Assembly (NCBI GenBank): GCA_951406725.2
Contig: OX597815.1
Location: 173,848,001 to 173,912,000 of the forward strand
Reading direction: 5' to 3'
Length of the DNA: 64,000 nt
Source of the DNA: Octopus vulgaris
Taxonomy: Eukaryota
The notes under the pieces were generated by a model. The model saw only the letters and a program-made list of their open reading frames with translations, did no database searches and was not told where the DNA came from. This document shows, one piece after another, positions 1-13,257 of this stretch (positions are counted from its first letter, which is position 1; each line of letters begins with the position of its first letter). Made by a program: the position numbers and the translations under genes.

Positions 1-530
1 ATGACACAAGTAAATGTGTCAGGAGCCATATTCTCACTACCAGGACAATATTACATTGTATATCTAAATTCTGCAAGTTCTAGTCCCCATTCTTGAATTT
101 TAGTCTTCTTTATCTTTGTATACCTTCTATTGTCAAACATAAAGGCCACTGACTTTTCGTCAGTAACTGTGGCAAAGTGGCATCATACCAGATAATGGCT
201 TGATTTTTGCACTGTTGCTTGTCTCTACAATGTGGAAGTACAAATCGCTTCCTTACAGCACCCTTGACATAAACACTACAGGCCATCCTCCTTGGTTAAA
301 GACAGTAAATACAGCAATACCCGATGTATCACACTTTATCTCAAAGAGTAAGCTTTCATCCACTAAATGCAGGGTGGTTACTTCCAATTCCCTCTTTAAC
401 AAGTTAAAGGCTCTCAGAGCCTACTTTCCTAATAGGAACTTTTTTGTGTTTGTCAACAGTTGATTTTAGCAGAGAACCCATGAATCCACTCGGCATAATA
501 TCAATACATCTTCAGTGCCTGTCTTAAGGA
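1..530 (-). mobile_element. Degraded Ty3/Gypsy LTR-retrotransposon pol fragment (RT connection/RNase H)
   Basis: Manual minus-strand translation gives ELEVTTLHLVDESLLFEIKCDTSGIAVFTVFNQGGWPVVFMSRVL*GSDL and TVTDEKSVAFMFDNRR, matching Gypsy RNase H motifs (cDAS..., PVAF.SR.L, TDQkS); stops and frameshifts present; runs off the window edge. Confidence 0.75.
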
Positions 531-599
531 TTGTAAATTTTCTGGAGTTGGAAGTTCTTGTAGTGGATGGAACCTCTACAGATGTGGCCTAATGATGTC

Positions 600-1250
600 A
601 TTCCTCAAAGTATTCATCCATCCATCTTTTCTGCTACTATTCCTCCACAAGGTTCTATCAGTAGCAACCACCATTAGATTTCTTGGCTGGATTCCCAAGT
701 GCATTCAGCTGAGGTGATGGATATTATCCAACAAACTCATTCTTGATCTACTCCTAGATCTCCTACCGGTTGGCAATTATTACCAGTGATATTCTAATCA
801 CATGTCTGTAGTACTAGAGCTGTGACATTAATAAAATTCATAGAATTCATTTTTTTTAGTTGAGTGTCAGATGTCTCTGATTGATGACTTCTAGAAATTC
901 CTTTACATTTTGGTCATGCTTCACCTGTCTGGTAATAATCATATTGTTAAAATAAGGGAAGGCACAATGCAACTTTTCCTTTCTCACTACAATAGCCATA
1001 GCTCAGCTCATTAAAAAGCAGTTCTCCCATTTGCAACTCTAAATGACATCCTAAAAAAAATTTGGTTGTTTTCCAAGCCTTTTTCAATTCAGTTGGAGCT
1101 GTATGTGTTAACTGTACGGTCATTGACACTACTTCTGGTTGTGCCATTCAGTTCCAGTAGTAAGTATGGAAATTCAAATGCATGTATATTAAATAACAGT
1201 AACGTTGCACTCAGAAAGGTTGTTGAGCCCCCTACAAGGAACAAGTGCAT
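600..1250 (-). mobile_element. Highly degraded RTE-like LINE 3' fragment
   Basis: Minus-strand remnants resembling the RTE C-terminus (YYRHVIR; RRSRSRSRMSLLDNI, similar to G.R.RGRP..W.D.i); heavily decayed, boundaries approximate. Confidence 0.4.
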
Positions 1251-1496
1251 ATTACATTAATGCACAGTTTACAAATCTGGAATGATAAAATTGCTAAATA
1301 CTAACATTTTAAATGTTCTTCTCAGTGTAAAACAGCTAAAGCAGTTATCAAAAAAAAAAAAAATACACATCCTTTTCTCTCTCTGTATACCCACACACAT
1401 GTAAATGTATATATGTCTATGTATGTATGCATATCTGAGTATCTTAAATTTTATACAATAACTATCAAAACCATGCCAGCATGGATATTAAATAAC

Positions 1497-1908
1497 TCAT
1501 CATCATCGTCGTCATCATTGTTGTTTGAAGTTCGCTTTCCATGCTGGCATGGGTTGGGCAGTTTGACTGAGGGCTGGCAAGCCAGAAGCCTGTAACCAGG
1601 CTCCAATCCAATCTGGCGAAGTTTCTAAAGCTGGATGCCCTTCCTATTGCCAACCACTCCGAGAGTGTAGTGGGTGCTTTTTACATGCCACCAGCATGAG
1701 GGCCAGTCAGGTGGTACTGGCATCGACCACGCTTAAATGGTGCTTTTTACGTGCCCAATGATTGAAAGGTACTCTTAAATGGGCTGGTTATGCTGCACTG
1801 GCATAGGCCATGGTTACAGTCTCACTTGGTTTGCCGGGTCTTCTCAAGTACAGCAGACCTCCAAAAGTCTGTCACTTGTTATCACCTTGGTGAGGCCCAA
1901 TGTTCAAA
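1497..1908 (-). mobile_element. RTE-clade LINE 3' end with (GAT)n-like tail
   Basis: catcatcgtc...ttcgctttccatgctggcatgggttgg 3'UTR is shared with 11575-11945, 51110-51305 and 55580-55850; the proximal part matches the ORF end of the 11781 copy. Confidence 0.75.
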
Positions 1909-1917
1909 ATATGTATG

Positions 1918-1957
<40 letters not shown>

Positions 1958-4169
1958 TTTAGGTGTTTAAAAATGAGAGAGAGGGAGGGGGCACTCACCC
2001 ATTATCAACCAAAATGTTACTACTACTAGTCTACTGTGTTAGTTAAAAAGACAGGAAGGCAGCAACGTTACAATGTTCTTTGTTACTCTGCTTTGAATAG
2101 TGCACTACGTGCCTAAACCTACTCAATGAAGCTGTCTTCCCACCTGCTATCACCCATAGTGTTTTGGTTCTACAATGATACATTCCGCAACTCCATCCTT
2201 TCAATAATTGAAAACTTCCTCTCTTCTCCCCTCCCCATGTTATCCTCTCAAAAATCTATAAAATATTCAAACTGAACATCAACTATATTGACCTAATCAA
2301 ATGCATATGCTTGAAAGGATTAAGAACACTACCCCTTTTTTGGGGTCTGATAGAAAAAGAAAATTATGTAACTTTGGAATGTTCTGTCCAGGATTTAAAT
2401 ACTACCAGCTTGCACCAGCACATACACAGGTATATTCAAATAATACAACCCAATTTGCAAGCTAGAACAGAAATCCAAGGATTAGTTGCCGAACTCAACA
2501 TTAGCGAAGTTAAAAAATATATAATTTGTAAGATTCTGGCATTATACATAAATACTCATTGCAAAAATTTTAAATTGAAGTGATTGAGCTTTTGATGGTA
2601 AATTTCAATTTTGGAAAAGTTTACAAGTCTAGTTTGCAGGATACAAAAAATATTTTTTCAGTGTTATTGCAACACTTCAGATCCAACTAGTCCATACCAG
2701 AATAAAAAGCAGACAATTTTTGAGAGGATGTTACAGTTAGAATATAAGATAAAGTGCATAACTCAGGATCTGCTAATTGATTCTGATGTTGAGTGGTCCA
2801 TACTTTCTAACAGCTAATTCACTAAATGTACATAGAGACTGTGTTAGATTTTTAAGAGCTGAGGTTTCTGCAGTCCTGAAGACATTGTTCTTTAATTGTT
2901 CACTGTTAAAACAAAAATCAAAGACCTCAAGGTAAACTACTCTCCAGTTACCAGACCTGAGGAACCCCTCTTTCCAGTGTCTTCAAACACCATAATTCAC
3001 CAAATCCCATAACAATTTCTACATAAGCAACACATTTTATGCTTCAATCCAACAATGCACTTAAAACAATGGAGCCATAAAATCTCACTTCACTCAAACC
3101 AAAAGTCACAATATTATCACTCAATCATTGCTTGTCAAAAACATTCCAATGCAATGATTACAAACACATTTCCATCAAAACCAGAATAATTCTTCAGAGA
3201 CACTGCACAATATAAACATGTATAAAATACATACAAGTAAGCACAAGTAACAACAGACACATTCAATTCCAACCACAATGATGCATTCACATATAGTCGG
3301 TACTTTAATCAAACATCTAATCACCATATTTCTCACTTCCACCATCACTCACAACAAAAACATGAAGTACCAACATCCTCTAATATTCTGTTTACTGATC
3401 TTTCGCTCAACACCAAAATCTTAATGTTGAAATCACCTTTATGCATGAAATTAAAAAATTATTGTCTTAGAATAAACAATAACCTTCTTGATGTAGCTAC
3501 TGAAGCTGAAAGCTATGCTAATCTCTGCTAGCCACTAATACAACAACACAATAAACCAACAGAAAATTGTACATACAAAGCTAAGATGAAAGCAAATGAA
3601 AAGTGAATCTTGTGAAAATCAGACCTACATCTCCTTTGTTGATATCTCAGTAATTACACTGAGGCATCAACAAAAGAGCTAGGTTCCACTGTTGAAATAC
3701 TAAGTATTTTACATAACCTAACACAGATATCAATAGCAAAGAAACAAGCAGGTTACAGTAGCCTTGTACATAATGCTGAACTAAGATGCCACTTAAACAA
3801 AGCCCAATCAACAAACAGTCACTTATCACAATGATGTTAATGCAATGCCAAGCATAAAATGAAAAGTTCTAAAAAAGAATAACGCCCTTTCAATATGCCA
3901 ATTTTTAAAAATAACATTGAAGAATATTTATACATAACATATGTTGGTAAAACAAATAATCTTGATGGAGAATTATGACAATGTACCAATGTTTTCAGTA
4001 GCCCCATAGACACTCACACTGATATGCATATATACATGCACACACACAAATTAGAGATTACAATGATTACATATTGATTTTAAGCTGACATTGTATCTAT
4101 GAATCTACGATGCACTTAGTAACGTTACATGTTTACACTTTAGCTAAATCAAACCAATGAGTAATCCTC

Positions 4170-4346
4170 TTTGTGGTCATTCAGCCTTATAGAAATAGAA
4201 GCTAAATATCCTTCTTAGAAAGTGTAGAACATTGGATAATGTAGTTCTAGATACACTATGTCAGAATATAAAGACAAAATGGTCATGGCTAGAATGCTTT
4301 TAATAAGACTGGTAAATCAATGCTGACCAGAGATAGACAACAACAA
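4170..4346 (+). repeat. Interspersed SINE-like repeat ending in (AAC)n
   Basis: Shared motifs (tagaaatarcagc...atggtcatggctrgaatgc...ctgacc...aaacaacaa) recur at ~18625-18796, 19790-20012, 22360-22526, 34010-34212 and 37330-37460. Confidence 0.6.
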
Positions 4347-5104
4347 ATGTTTTAGTAAAATTCCTTCTGCAAAGAGAACATTTAAAATATTCAAAATATT
4401 TTTCAAATCAAGAGAATGTGTCTACATGGTATTATAAGTTTCAATAACAGAGATTTAGTTTTTTTACTAAGAATGCAGCTCCAGTTTTATGGAGAAAAAA
4501 TTTAAGCACAAAAATAGAGGTACAATATACACAATAAATATACATATGCGTGAAAATGAAAGGGATGGAAATATGGGCAGAAATCTTATTTGTGTCATAC
4601 ATATGGGAGAAATAAACCAATTTGTTTCAACAAGCAATAAAAATTGCATAAAAATAGCTTTTAAGCTAAAATTAAGAAACAAATGTAGATTTAGCCCTCA
4701 TAATATCTAAATAACATTGTTACAAAAATAGAGCTGTGAAAATAGCATAAACACAAAAAAACAAGCAGTATGTTTTACAGAATCTTTGGCTAAGTATCTA
4801 ATTCCAAGTTCAATTTATACTGTAAATAGTAGAGAGAATGTCAGTAAAATATAGTACAAGTAATATATTTGAACTGCTAGAGTGAATTCAGTCCCTTGTA
4901 TCTAATAGAAAAGAATAGAGTTATTTAAAATAATATGGTACAAGAAGTTGGTGGCCCAGGTCTTGTTACAGATTCATACTTAATAGCAAGCTCTTAATAG
5001 CAAAGTGCACTAAGCTCTAAATAGTGGGTGATATAATTCCCCATAGAAAACAGGAGCAGTTAGATTGCAGTACCAAGTTCTATTTCTTAGTGAGAAAACC
5101 TTAA

Positions 5105-5301
5105 CCTTTTTGTTATGATATTCTTGTTGAAATACATTACCTTTATTTCAGTTAATTTTGAAAATTAATGGAGAGTTAATTGAAATAAACTTGTTATTAA
5201 GTTTGTATCTGGAACATAATTGAACATGAAATACTAATGGGAGTTTTAATTTAGAGCACTTTAAAATAGTAAGTTTCTGATGTAGAACCAGAGACAAAGG
5301 G
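5105..5301. mobile_element. piggyBac-like MITE
   Basis: TTAA|CCTTTT at 5101 and AAAGGG|TTAA ending at 5305: TTAA target duplication with CC(C/T)TTT termini; no coding capacity. Confidence 0.55.
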
Positions 5302-6285
5302 TTAATGTTATAAAAATCAGATATATCTTTTGGGCATATATTTCTTTTATTCTTTTACTGGTTTTAGAAATTTGACAGCAGCCACATTGGACATCACTAC
5401 ATGATTTTTCAGTACTTATTCACTTATTGATTTTTTTCTTAGATCACAAAGTTACAGGATGTAAAGGAAATAGATATAAAACAAAAAATAAGATAGTCAA
5501 CTTAATGTCACAGACATCTTTGTTATTTCAAAATACTTTTAAATCCAAGTTTTCAGAAATCTACTTTTGGTAAAGTTTCAGCACGATACTCTATCACTAC
5601 CTACCACTAGAATTCCAAAGACAAGGAATAGTTGCCATTCAACTCAAGAAATATGCTCTGACACCTATATTACATTATTGTCATAATGTAATGTAGGTGT
5701 CAAAAATTTCTTTACCATATCTCATGGATATATCCGGGGAGTTTAAAAATTTTCTGTGCTACTAATGTCATTTTGCAAGCTAACATTTAGTGCATTAAAA
5801 CTCAGGATCAACTCAAATATCATTAAAATGGTATTATCTTCAAAATACAAGGCACTGGCAAACTGAAATGTGTAGTAGAAGACACTTGCCCGAAGTGTCA
5901 TGTAGGGGGATCAAGCCTAAAAGGTAGTCATAAGATGAATTTCTAAACCACATCACCAAGGCGCTAACTAACTATATTAAATATAGCAGGAATAGACAAT
6001 ATGTTCAAGCTTGTATATGAAATATAAATTTTTTGTTAAATATGTAAAAACAGAAAACAACAAAATCTTTGATTGTTAAAACAAAAAAATATGGAATCTT
6101 GTTTTACCAAAATAAAGATAGGAGAATTCCATGAAAATATACTCTAAGAAATGTGGTTTGGAACCCGAGTTCAATAGAGACAATTACTGTTTCTTTGAGT
6201 CTTAGAGAAAACGTGCAGGTAAAAAATAAATAAATGAACAAATAAAAGACCATTGCCCATTCTGAAAAAATTGGAAACTGCTTAC

Positions 6286-6414
6286 TTAATACTGGCCTAA
6301 AATTAGCTTCTTTAGATTTTGTGAATTTGGACAGTGCCAGCTTTCATCTTATACAATCAATTCCTGTAAGAAACACTTTGTCAACTGCCTGCACTTGTAT
6401 TCCTTTGACATATC
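6286..6414 (-). other. Candidate internal exon (129 nt) of a minus-strand gene
   Basis: Acceptor ttgatttaacAG|G and donor TAA|GTAAGC; non-repetitive; phase-1 reading (G)YVKGIQVQAVDKVFLTGIDCIR*KLALSKFTKSKEANFRPVL has one TGA. Confidence 0.5.
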
Positions 6415-6787
6415 CTGTTAAATCAATTTAATTCACATTTTATGGAGAAAAATCATACTGAACAGTTCATAATTAGTTTCTGTTATCTTTCTTGTAGTTC
6501 AACCGATACGTTGCTGGTTTTATTCAACCAATTGTTTTTTTTATAAGTTTTCACACTTAATTGTTTCGAGCTTTAAATAACACATTTTCAAGACTTTGTA
6601 TCTAAGCAACTACAAAACCTAAGAAGATTTAGATAGCAACATTCATAAGATATTAGTATTAGGTTTCTTTTTTATAACAAGAATTCATAGACTTAGGTAC
6701 GTCTCTGGCTGTAAGCTTGTCAAATTAAAGAGAGGACATATGAAACATAAAGACATTTACTTTTATAATAAAATCTTATACTGTGTA

Positions 6788-8051
6788 TCAAGGTTGAGTT
6801 AAAATATTTTTTTTTTCAGATTTTCACTGATGAATTTTAACAACTTGTGTTTGATACAACTTGTTGTCCAGTCATTGCTCAATTGTTTTTTTCTTTATTT
6901 TCATATGTAACATATAAACATTAATTGGTTATTCTTCATTTTACAGCTGTGATAATGAGTGGAGAAAAAATTGCAATTAGAATCATTATACACTACTACC
7001 TTTGGGAAAAGAACTGAGTGCAAGGGCAACAGCAAAAGAAATTAATGATGTGGAAGGCCCAGGAACTGTCAATGAACATGTGGCACAAGCCACATGAGGT
7101 TTCAAGCAAGGTGACATCAGTCTCAAAGACCAACTAAAGTCAGGGAAATCTGCTGGGGAAAACGAGGCCTTGCTTGGAATGGTAGACCAACAGTCAAGCA
7201 CAAGCATTCATACATTGTTAGCAGAACTCGGTCATTCACAAAGCATCATCAATTGGCACCTTCATAAGCTGGCCTTGTAAACAGATGCTGTCAAGAAGCT
7301 CCACATGAACTGACCAATGAATAAGCTCAACAACATGTGAACATTTGCAAAAAAACTGCTGGCAAATCCTTGAGAAGCTAGCTTTTAGCATCAAATTATA
7401 ACTGGGGACGAAAAATAAATCTATTTTCGTAATCCTAGCGAGAGAACTCAGTGACTTCATTCCAGCCAGGTTTCAAAACCTGTTGTCAAACAAGGGCAGT
7501 TTGAACAGAAGGTCATGCTGTGTGTTTGGTGAAATTTCAAGAGCATGTTGTACTTGGAGCTTGTCTCAGATGGTCATGCTGTGAACACTAACCTTTATAA
7601 CCAACAAATGCAGTGAGTATACAATGCTTTGAAAGCCCAATACCCACCATTGGTCAATTAAAGATGCCTACTCTTACAACACAACATGCCCCAGCACACA
7701 CTGACAATGCTACCAAATGCAAATTTGAAGAACTTGAGAGGTTGGAAGTGCTACTTCACCCTACCTACAGTCCAGATTTTGCACCAACAGATTACCATCT
7801 TTTAGGAGCCAAGCCTCATTCCCAGCATAGACAGAGGTTCAGCAATGTGGATGAGGTTGAAAATGAATGCAGGAAGCTTTCTGCCTCTAAACCAGCTAAA
7901 TGGTAAAAGCATGGCACTGAGATGCTGGCACAATGATAGCGATAGACAATATGTTGGGATATATTTTGATGAACAAATGCTTTTATATGTAATTTGTTTG
8001 AACTATTAATTAAAGCTTGAAATATGAAAAAAAACTTCTGACTCAAGCTGG
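6788..8051 (+). mobile_element. Full-length but decayed mariner (DD34D) element
   Basis: Degenerate TIRs (TCAAGGTTGAGTTAAAATATTTTTTT and the reverse complement of the right end, CCAGCTTGAGTCAGAAGTTTTTTT) flanked by TA; transposase remnants ARATAKEINDVEGPGTV, ITGDE and VLLHPTYSPDFAPTDYHL; many stops and frameshifts. Confidence 0.85.
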
Positions 8052-10059
8052 TACTTTATTTTTCCAGTTTCTAGATAAAACTGAAAGCATCATTAATTTC
8101 CCACTATCTCCACTTTTGACAGAATGCACATTAACATGAACGTGAGATAGTTGCCTCCGTAGTATGAATCTATATTATTGGACATGTCTTGTGCTAGTTT
8201 TATCAACCAAATTCTTCTGTACTGGCTTGGACAACAAACTAAAATACCACTTTTCTAAATCTCAAAGATATTTATTAGCTAGTATATATATATATATATA
8301 TATATATATGAACAAAAAATACTTCTAATTACAGCACCATGCATCTAATGCTAATTGTAATTACACTGGAATGTATAAAGTTCTACCAATAATACACAGC
8401 TTAACTAGTTTTGTTTGAACTCAAGAATATCATAATTAAACAGTAGTAAACTTAATTTCTTCTCAAATTATAGTGCCCTCAAGTCAAATTACCGGGGAAA
8501 CGTTATTAACAGATAATCAAATGTCGTAAATACTTTATCTTCATATAATTAACATTAACTGTACAAAGAAATATCCCCAGTTATCAAATAGACAGGAAAT
8601 AAATTAGCCTTACATCAATGCTGAACCATGATGCCCCATGAAAACAAAACCTCAACAGTCAATGCTGACACAGTAAACAAATATCAAGCATAAAATATTA
8701 GTTTTAAGGTATTCAAAAATTGTTCTTTTAATTAATCCAAGTACAATTAAATCTCCCATTTTTCTCTCAAGGGTCACAAAAATAAGTACCAGTATTTTCT
8801 AGGTTGAACTGCATACTTCAACATATATCATCTTGAATATAAACCATTAATTTTCTCATTTAATTAAGCTATTAAACCACTGTGAATAAAAAAATCTTAA
8901 CAGTAACATTAAAATACATTTATCTATTTTACTGAATTAACTTTTCACCAACGAAATGCATCAGACTTTTCAAATTCTAGAACTTAACAATATATTATAT
9001 ATAATGCAAAGTACAAGTGTATCAAAATTTCAGTCAGGAAGTCATTATCAATGATGCCACTGTAGATATGTAATACATCTCTAAACTGATGGGAATTAAA
9101 TATTAAAGACACAAAGCATGTTATCATTTTGACAACTGCTATTCAGTTCATATATTATTATTGTTGTTATGTACGTCATCTTTTCCTAAGATTTGAACAG
9201 AGAGATAACCAGTGATGAATGATCAATAATATTCATAAAACTAAAGAAAGCCGATACAAAAATTTTAAAAAGTAAAAAAAAAGAAAACATATAAATGAAT
9301 ATTTGATATCATATATACTTCAGGGCTTAAAGGAAATTTAAGTAAAAAAAATATAACCTTTACTTTAATGGCAACTACTATTCTTTTTAATTGCCATATT
9401 TTGGGAGATGGGGAGGGTTGCTAGAGCTTTTTTTATAGGTAGGTAATATAAAATTCTGAAGTCAAAATGACTTCAGCAAATGTATGTCATTCCTTGTTCG
9501 CATAAGAGGTATTTATAGCTTTGAATAAAGTCAGATGTGTGAATTACATAACAGCAACGTCTATAAAAATGCAAGAGTCTGACAAAAAAATCTTTTCAAG
9601 TAAATCAAATTAAAATAGCATCATTCGTACTACACTAGAAATAGAATATTAAAAGAAAATAATGTCAAATGTTTCTGTTTGTGATCATTGTCATACACAT
9701 GAAACTGAACTTCAGTTCTAAACTTGTTAAGTTATTCTGTGCTGACTTATCAACAAAATGTTAAGCATGTCCTTTTTGTAAGAACAACAGTGGATTTGAC
9801 AGATTTATTTATACTAGGTCTTATAGGAATGTAAGCTTTCAAACTGCTATAAACACTCGATTGACTTGTTTCAATAAAGTAGTAAGACTATGTGTACATC
9901 GTCAAGTATTTTCTCTGTACACATATCAAGCAATAATTAAACTCTTGAAATCCTGAGCTGACATACAAGTCCACTTCTACTTTCAAATAACTATTCATAT
10001 ATCAACAATAAAAGGAGATAAAAATCTATTACACTGAATATAAAAACATCATATAATGG

Positions 10060-10551
10060 TTATAGATGATTGTCAGATATCACTAAGATTAGAATAGTAT
10101 CCAGAACTCTTTCAAAAATTAAAACAATATTTAAGACAAATAATAAATACATTATCATTTTCTTTGCATTTATGAATAAGCTAAGAGAGGCAGCGAGCTG
10201 GCAGAAACATTAGCATGCTGGGCAAAATGCTTAGCAGTATTTTGTCTGTTGTTACGTTCTGAGTTCAAATTCCGCCAAGGTTGACTTTACTTTTCATCCT
10301 TTCAGTGTCGATAAATTAAGTACCAGTTGCATTCTGGGGTTGATCTAATTGACTGCCCCCTCCCCCAAAATTTCAGGCCTTGTGCCTAGAGAAGAAAAGA
10401 ATAATAAGCTAAGAGTGAAGAATTTGTGTTCAAATAATATAGATGATGATCAGATATCACTAAGATTAGAATAGTATCCAGAACTCTTTCAAAAATTAAA
10501 AACAATATTTAAGACAAATAATAAAAACATTATCATTTTCCTTGCATTTAA
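10060..10551 (+). repeat. ~112-bp direct duplication (10060-10172 / 10438-10551) with a SINE in the spacer
   Basis: tatagatgat...cagatatcactaagattagaatagtatccagaactctttcaaaaatt...ttgcattta occurs twice, nearly identical. Confidence 0.9.
10188..10402 (+). mobile_element. tRNA-derived SINE with MetaSINE-like central domain and 13-bp TSD
   Basis: B-box GAGTTCAAATTCC; central gttgactttacttttcatcctttcagtgtcgataaattaagtaccag; TSD AATAAGCTAAGAG at 10175-10187 and 10403-10415. Decayed relatives at ~17925-18110 (-), 18335-18395 and 40480-40552. Confidence 0.85.
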
Positions 10552-11574
10552 AATTTATTTAAATAACCATTTACTAAATGGGTTTATTAATTATTGTGGA
10601 GAAGCATGTATGAAATATGTTTTATATTAAGTTTAATGAGAATCATAACTGAAACTTGACATTAAAAAAAAAAAGAAAAAAGAAAGTATACTTTTCAGAC
10701 ATCTTTATTATCTGACGTTAACAACTATGTAAGCTAAAGCAAGTACCAAAATGATATTGCAGGAAAATTTTATCTGCTATTCATCTTACACATTCCTAAC
10801 ATTCAGATATAAACTTGGGAGTGTGCACTTTGCATATATGTTGAAAAAGGCAACAATTATTGAATAAGATGACATGATAAATTGTATAAGATAGAGTTAA
10901 TAATTAAAATTAAAGCTTCAGAGAAATGTACAGGATTTCCTATTACTGAATTCCAATTTCCAAGATAACTCTCAACATGCCTTTCTCCAAAAAAATGAGA
11001 ACAGCCAACAGTAGAGAAGCATAGATTAAAAAGGAAATGATTTTAGGTGAAATGATGCTAATTCTCTTGTCTGTCTGTTGTACAATCTGATTGTTTTGCT
11101 GTCCAAAATATCATATGTTGTTTTATATCTCAAGCTTAAAACTGCTAATTTCTTTCCAACACATTTTTGTGAGAGACTGTGTACATGTGTGCACATATGT
11201 GTACATGCAAATGAAAGGGACAGAGCAAGTTATTTGCTGAAGGTGCTTTGAGGTGTGATTTGAGAGTAGATATATACATGGGGTTGGAGAAAAGGGTGCA
11301 CACATTTATGTGAATACACAACATCAGAGATTCTAATGTAACTGACAATCACCTAGTAAGAATTAGTTTAAAAAGCATTGTTCACTCTCTTTTTTCGCAT
11401 CCAATCTTTTTAGAAATAACTAAATATTTCTGCATAGATTCCAATTGATTAATCATTATAAAAGGACTTTATTTAAGACAGATGCATTGACATTGGTCAG
11501 TTATTAATGTTCATTTGTATTAACCAATACCATTTTTTAAAACATATTTATTACATCTCTTGCTTCAGCAGTAT

Positions 11575-11945
11575 CTTCATCATCCTCATTTAATGTCCCT
11601 TTTCTATGCTGGCATAGGTTGGACGGTTTGACAGGTGCTGGCCAGCTGCTGTCTGTTGAAACATGATTTCTACAGCTGGATGTCCTTCCTAACATCAACC
11701 TCAATGTGCTGGGTGCTTCTTACATGCCACCAGCACATGTGCATATACACAGCACTGGCATCTGTAAAGGACAAGTGATTTTACTTAGCTTGACGTGACT
11801 TCTTAAGTACAACAATTTGCCAAAACCCATGATCCCTTGTCATTTCCTTAGTAAGCCCCCAAGTTTGAAGATCCTTTTTCACCACTTTTTCCCATGTCTT
11901 CCTTGGTCTACCCCTGCCACAGGTTCCGTCCACAATTAAAGCTTG
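11575..11945 (-). mobile_element. RTE-clade LINE 3' end (ORF C-terminus plus 3'UTR)
   Basis: ORF 11781-11978 contains VDGTCGRGRPRKTWEKVVKKDL...TKEMTRD...W, the canonical RTE C-terminal motif, followed by the shared 3'UTR. Confidence 0.85.
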
Positions 11946-11990
11946 GTATTTTTTTAAAAGTTTAATAGCATTTATCAACCAAAGGAAATA

Positions 11991-13257
11991 TTGGGTTGTC
12001 CGGAAAGTTTATGCCGATTTATAGTAGCTTACCTTTTGACTTATTTTAGAACATGGTTGAGTCCATAAAATAGGATTTGACTACACCTCCATTTAGTTTA
12101 AGCTATCTTTTCATGGAAGAAGGTTTGTGTTCCTATAACCTGTGTTAATTCTGTAACCCTTTAAAATGGAAGATAAGAAAGTTCATTTTCAGCACTTGAT
12201 GCTTTTCTTTTTCCATAAAGGAAAAAATGCCTCACAAGCAACCAAAGAAATATGTGCAGTTTATGGTGATGTTTCTGTATCTGAAAGAACTGTACGGAAA
12301 TGGTTCGCAAGGTTCCGAGCTGGAGATTGTAGCCTTATTGATAAAGAGTGATCAGGCAGACCATCCACTACAGATGATGACCAAATCAAGTCATTAATTG
12401 AGAATAACCCACACTGCACAACCCAATAATTGGCAGAAAGCCTCAACCTATCAAAATCCATCATTCATGAGCACCTGGTAAAGCTTGGGTACACAAATTG
12501 CTACGATGTTTGGGTACCACATGAGATGAGTGAGAAGAACCTTTTGAATCGCATTTCCATCTGTGATTCGCTTTATAAACGGAATGAAAACGTGCCTTTT
12601 TTAAAGTAAATTGTGACAGGTGATGAGAAATGGATTATCTACCGAAATGTTCAGAGAAAGCGATCCTAGAGTAAGTGACGTGAGCCACCCATAGCCACTC
12701 CAATAGCATGTCTTCACCCTAAAAAAGTCTTGCTTTGTGTCTGATGGGATTGGAAAGGAATTCTGTATTATGAGCTTCTCCCAAGTAACCAGACAATTAA
12801 TTCTGAGAAATACTGCACACAACTTGACAAGTTAAAAGCAACAATTCAAGAGAAACGTCCAGAATTGGCCAACAGGAAGGGTGTTGTTTTCCAACATGAT
12901 AAAGCAAAACCGCACGTTTCTTTGGGAACCAGACAAAATTTGCTGAAGCTCGGCTGGGATGTGTTACCCCACCCTCCATATTCACCAGATATTGCTTCCA
13001 TTGGATTTCCACTTATTCAGGTCTCTGCAGAATAGTCGCAATGGTAAAAAATTCAATTCCTTGGATGATATAAAAAGATACCTTGATGAATTCTTTGCCA
13101 TGAAACCACTTCAATTCTGGGAAGAGGGTATTTTCAAGTTAAAGGAAAGATGGAGACGCATTGTACAACAAAATGGTTGATTAAAAATGTAATAGCAAGT
13201 ATTCATTAACCTTTTTCTTTCCTTTAAAAATCGGCAAGAACTTTCCAGACAACCCAA
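11991..13257 (+). mobile_element. Full-length mariner, mellifera-like subfamily; transposase pseudogene at 12166-13180
   Basis: TIRs TTGGGTTGTCCGGAAAGTT...GCCGATTT / AAATCGGCAAGAACTTTCCAGACAACCCAA with TA on both sides; motifs KGKNASQA, WVPHEM, IVTGDEKW, RKGVVFQHDKAKPH and HPPYSPDIA; several in-frame stops and one frameshift. Confidence 0.95.

Noticed and set aside
2880-3600. C/A-skewed block (also 35990-36600) suggestive of an ancient retroelement
   Set aside because: No diagnostic protein motif could be read
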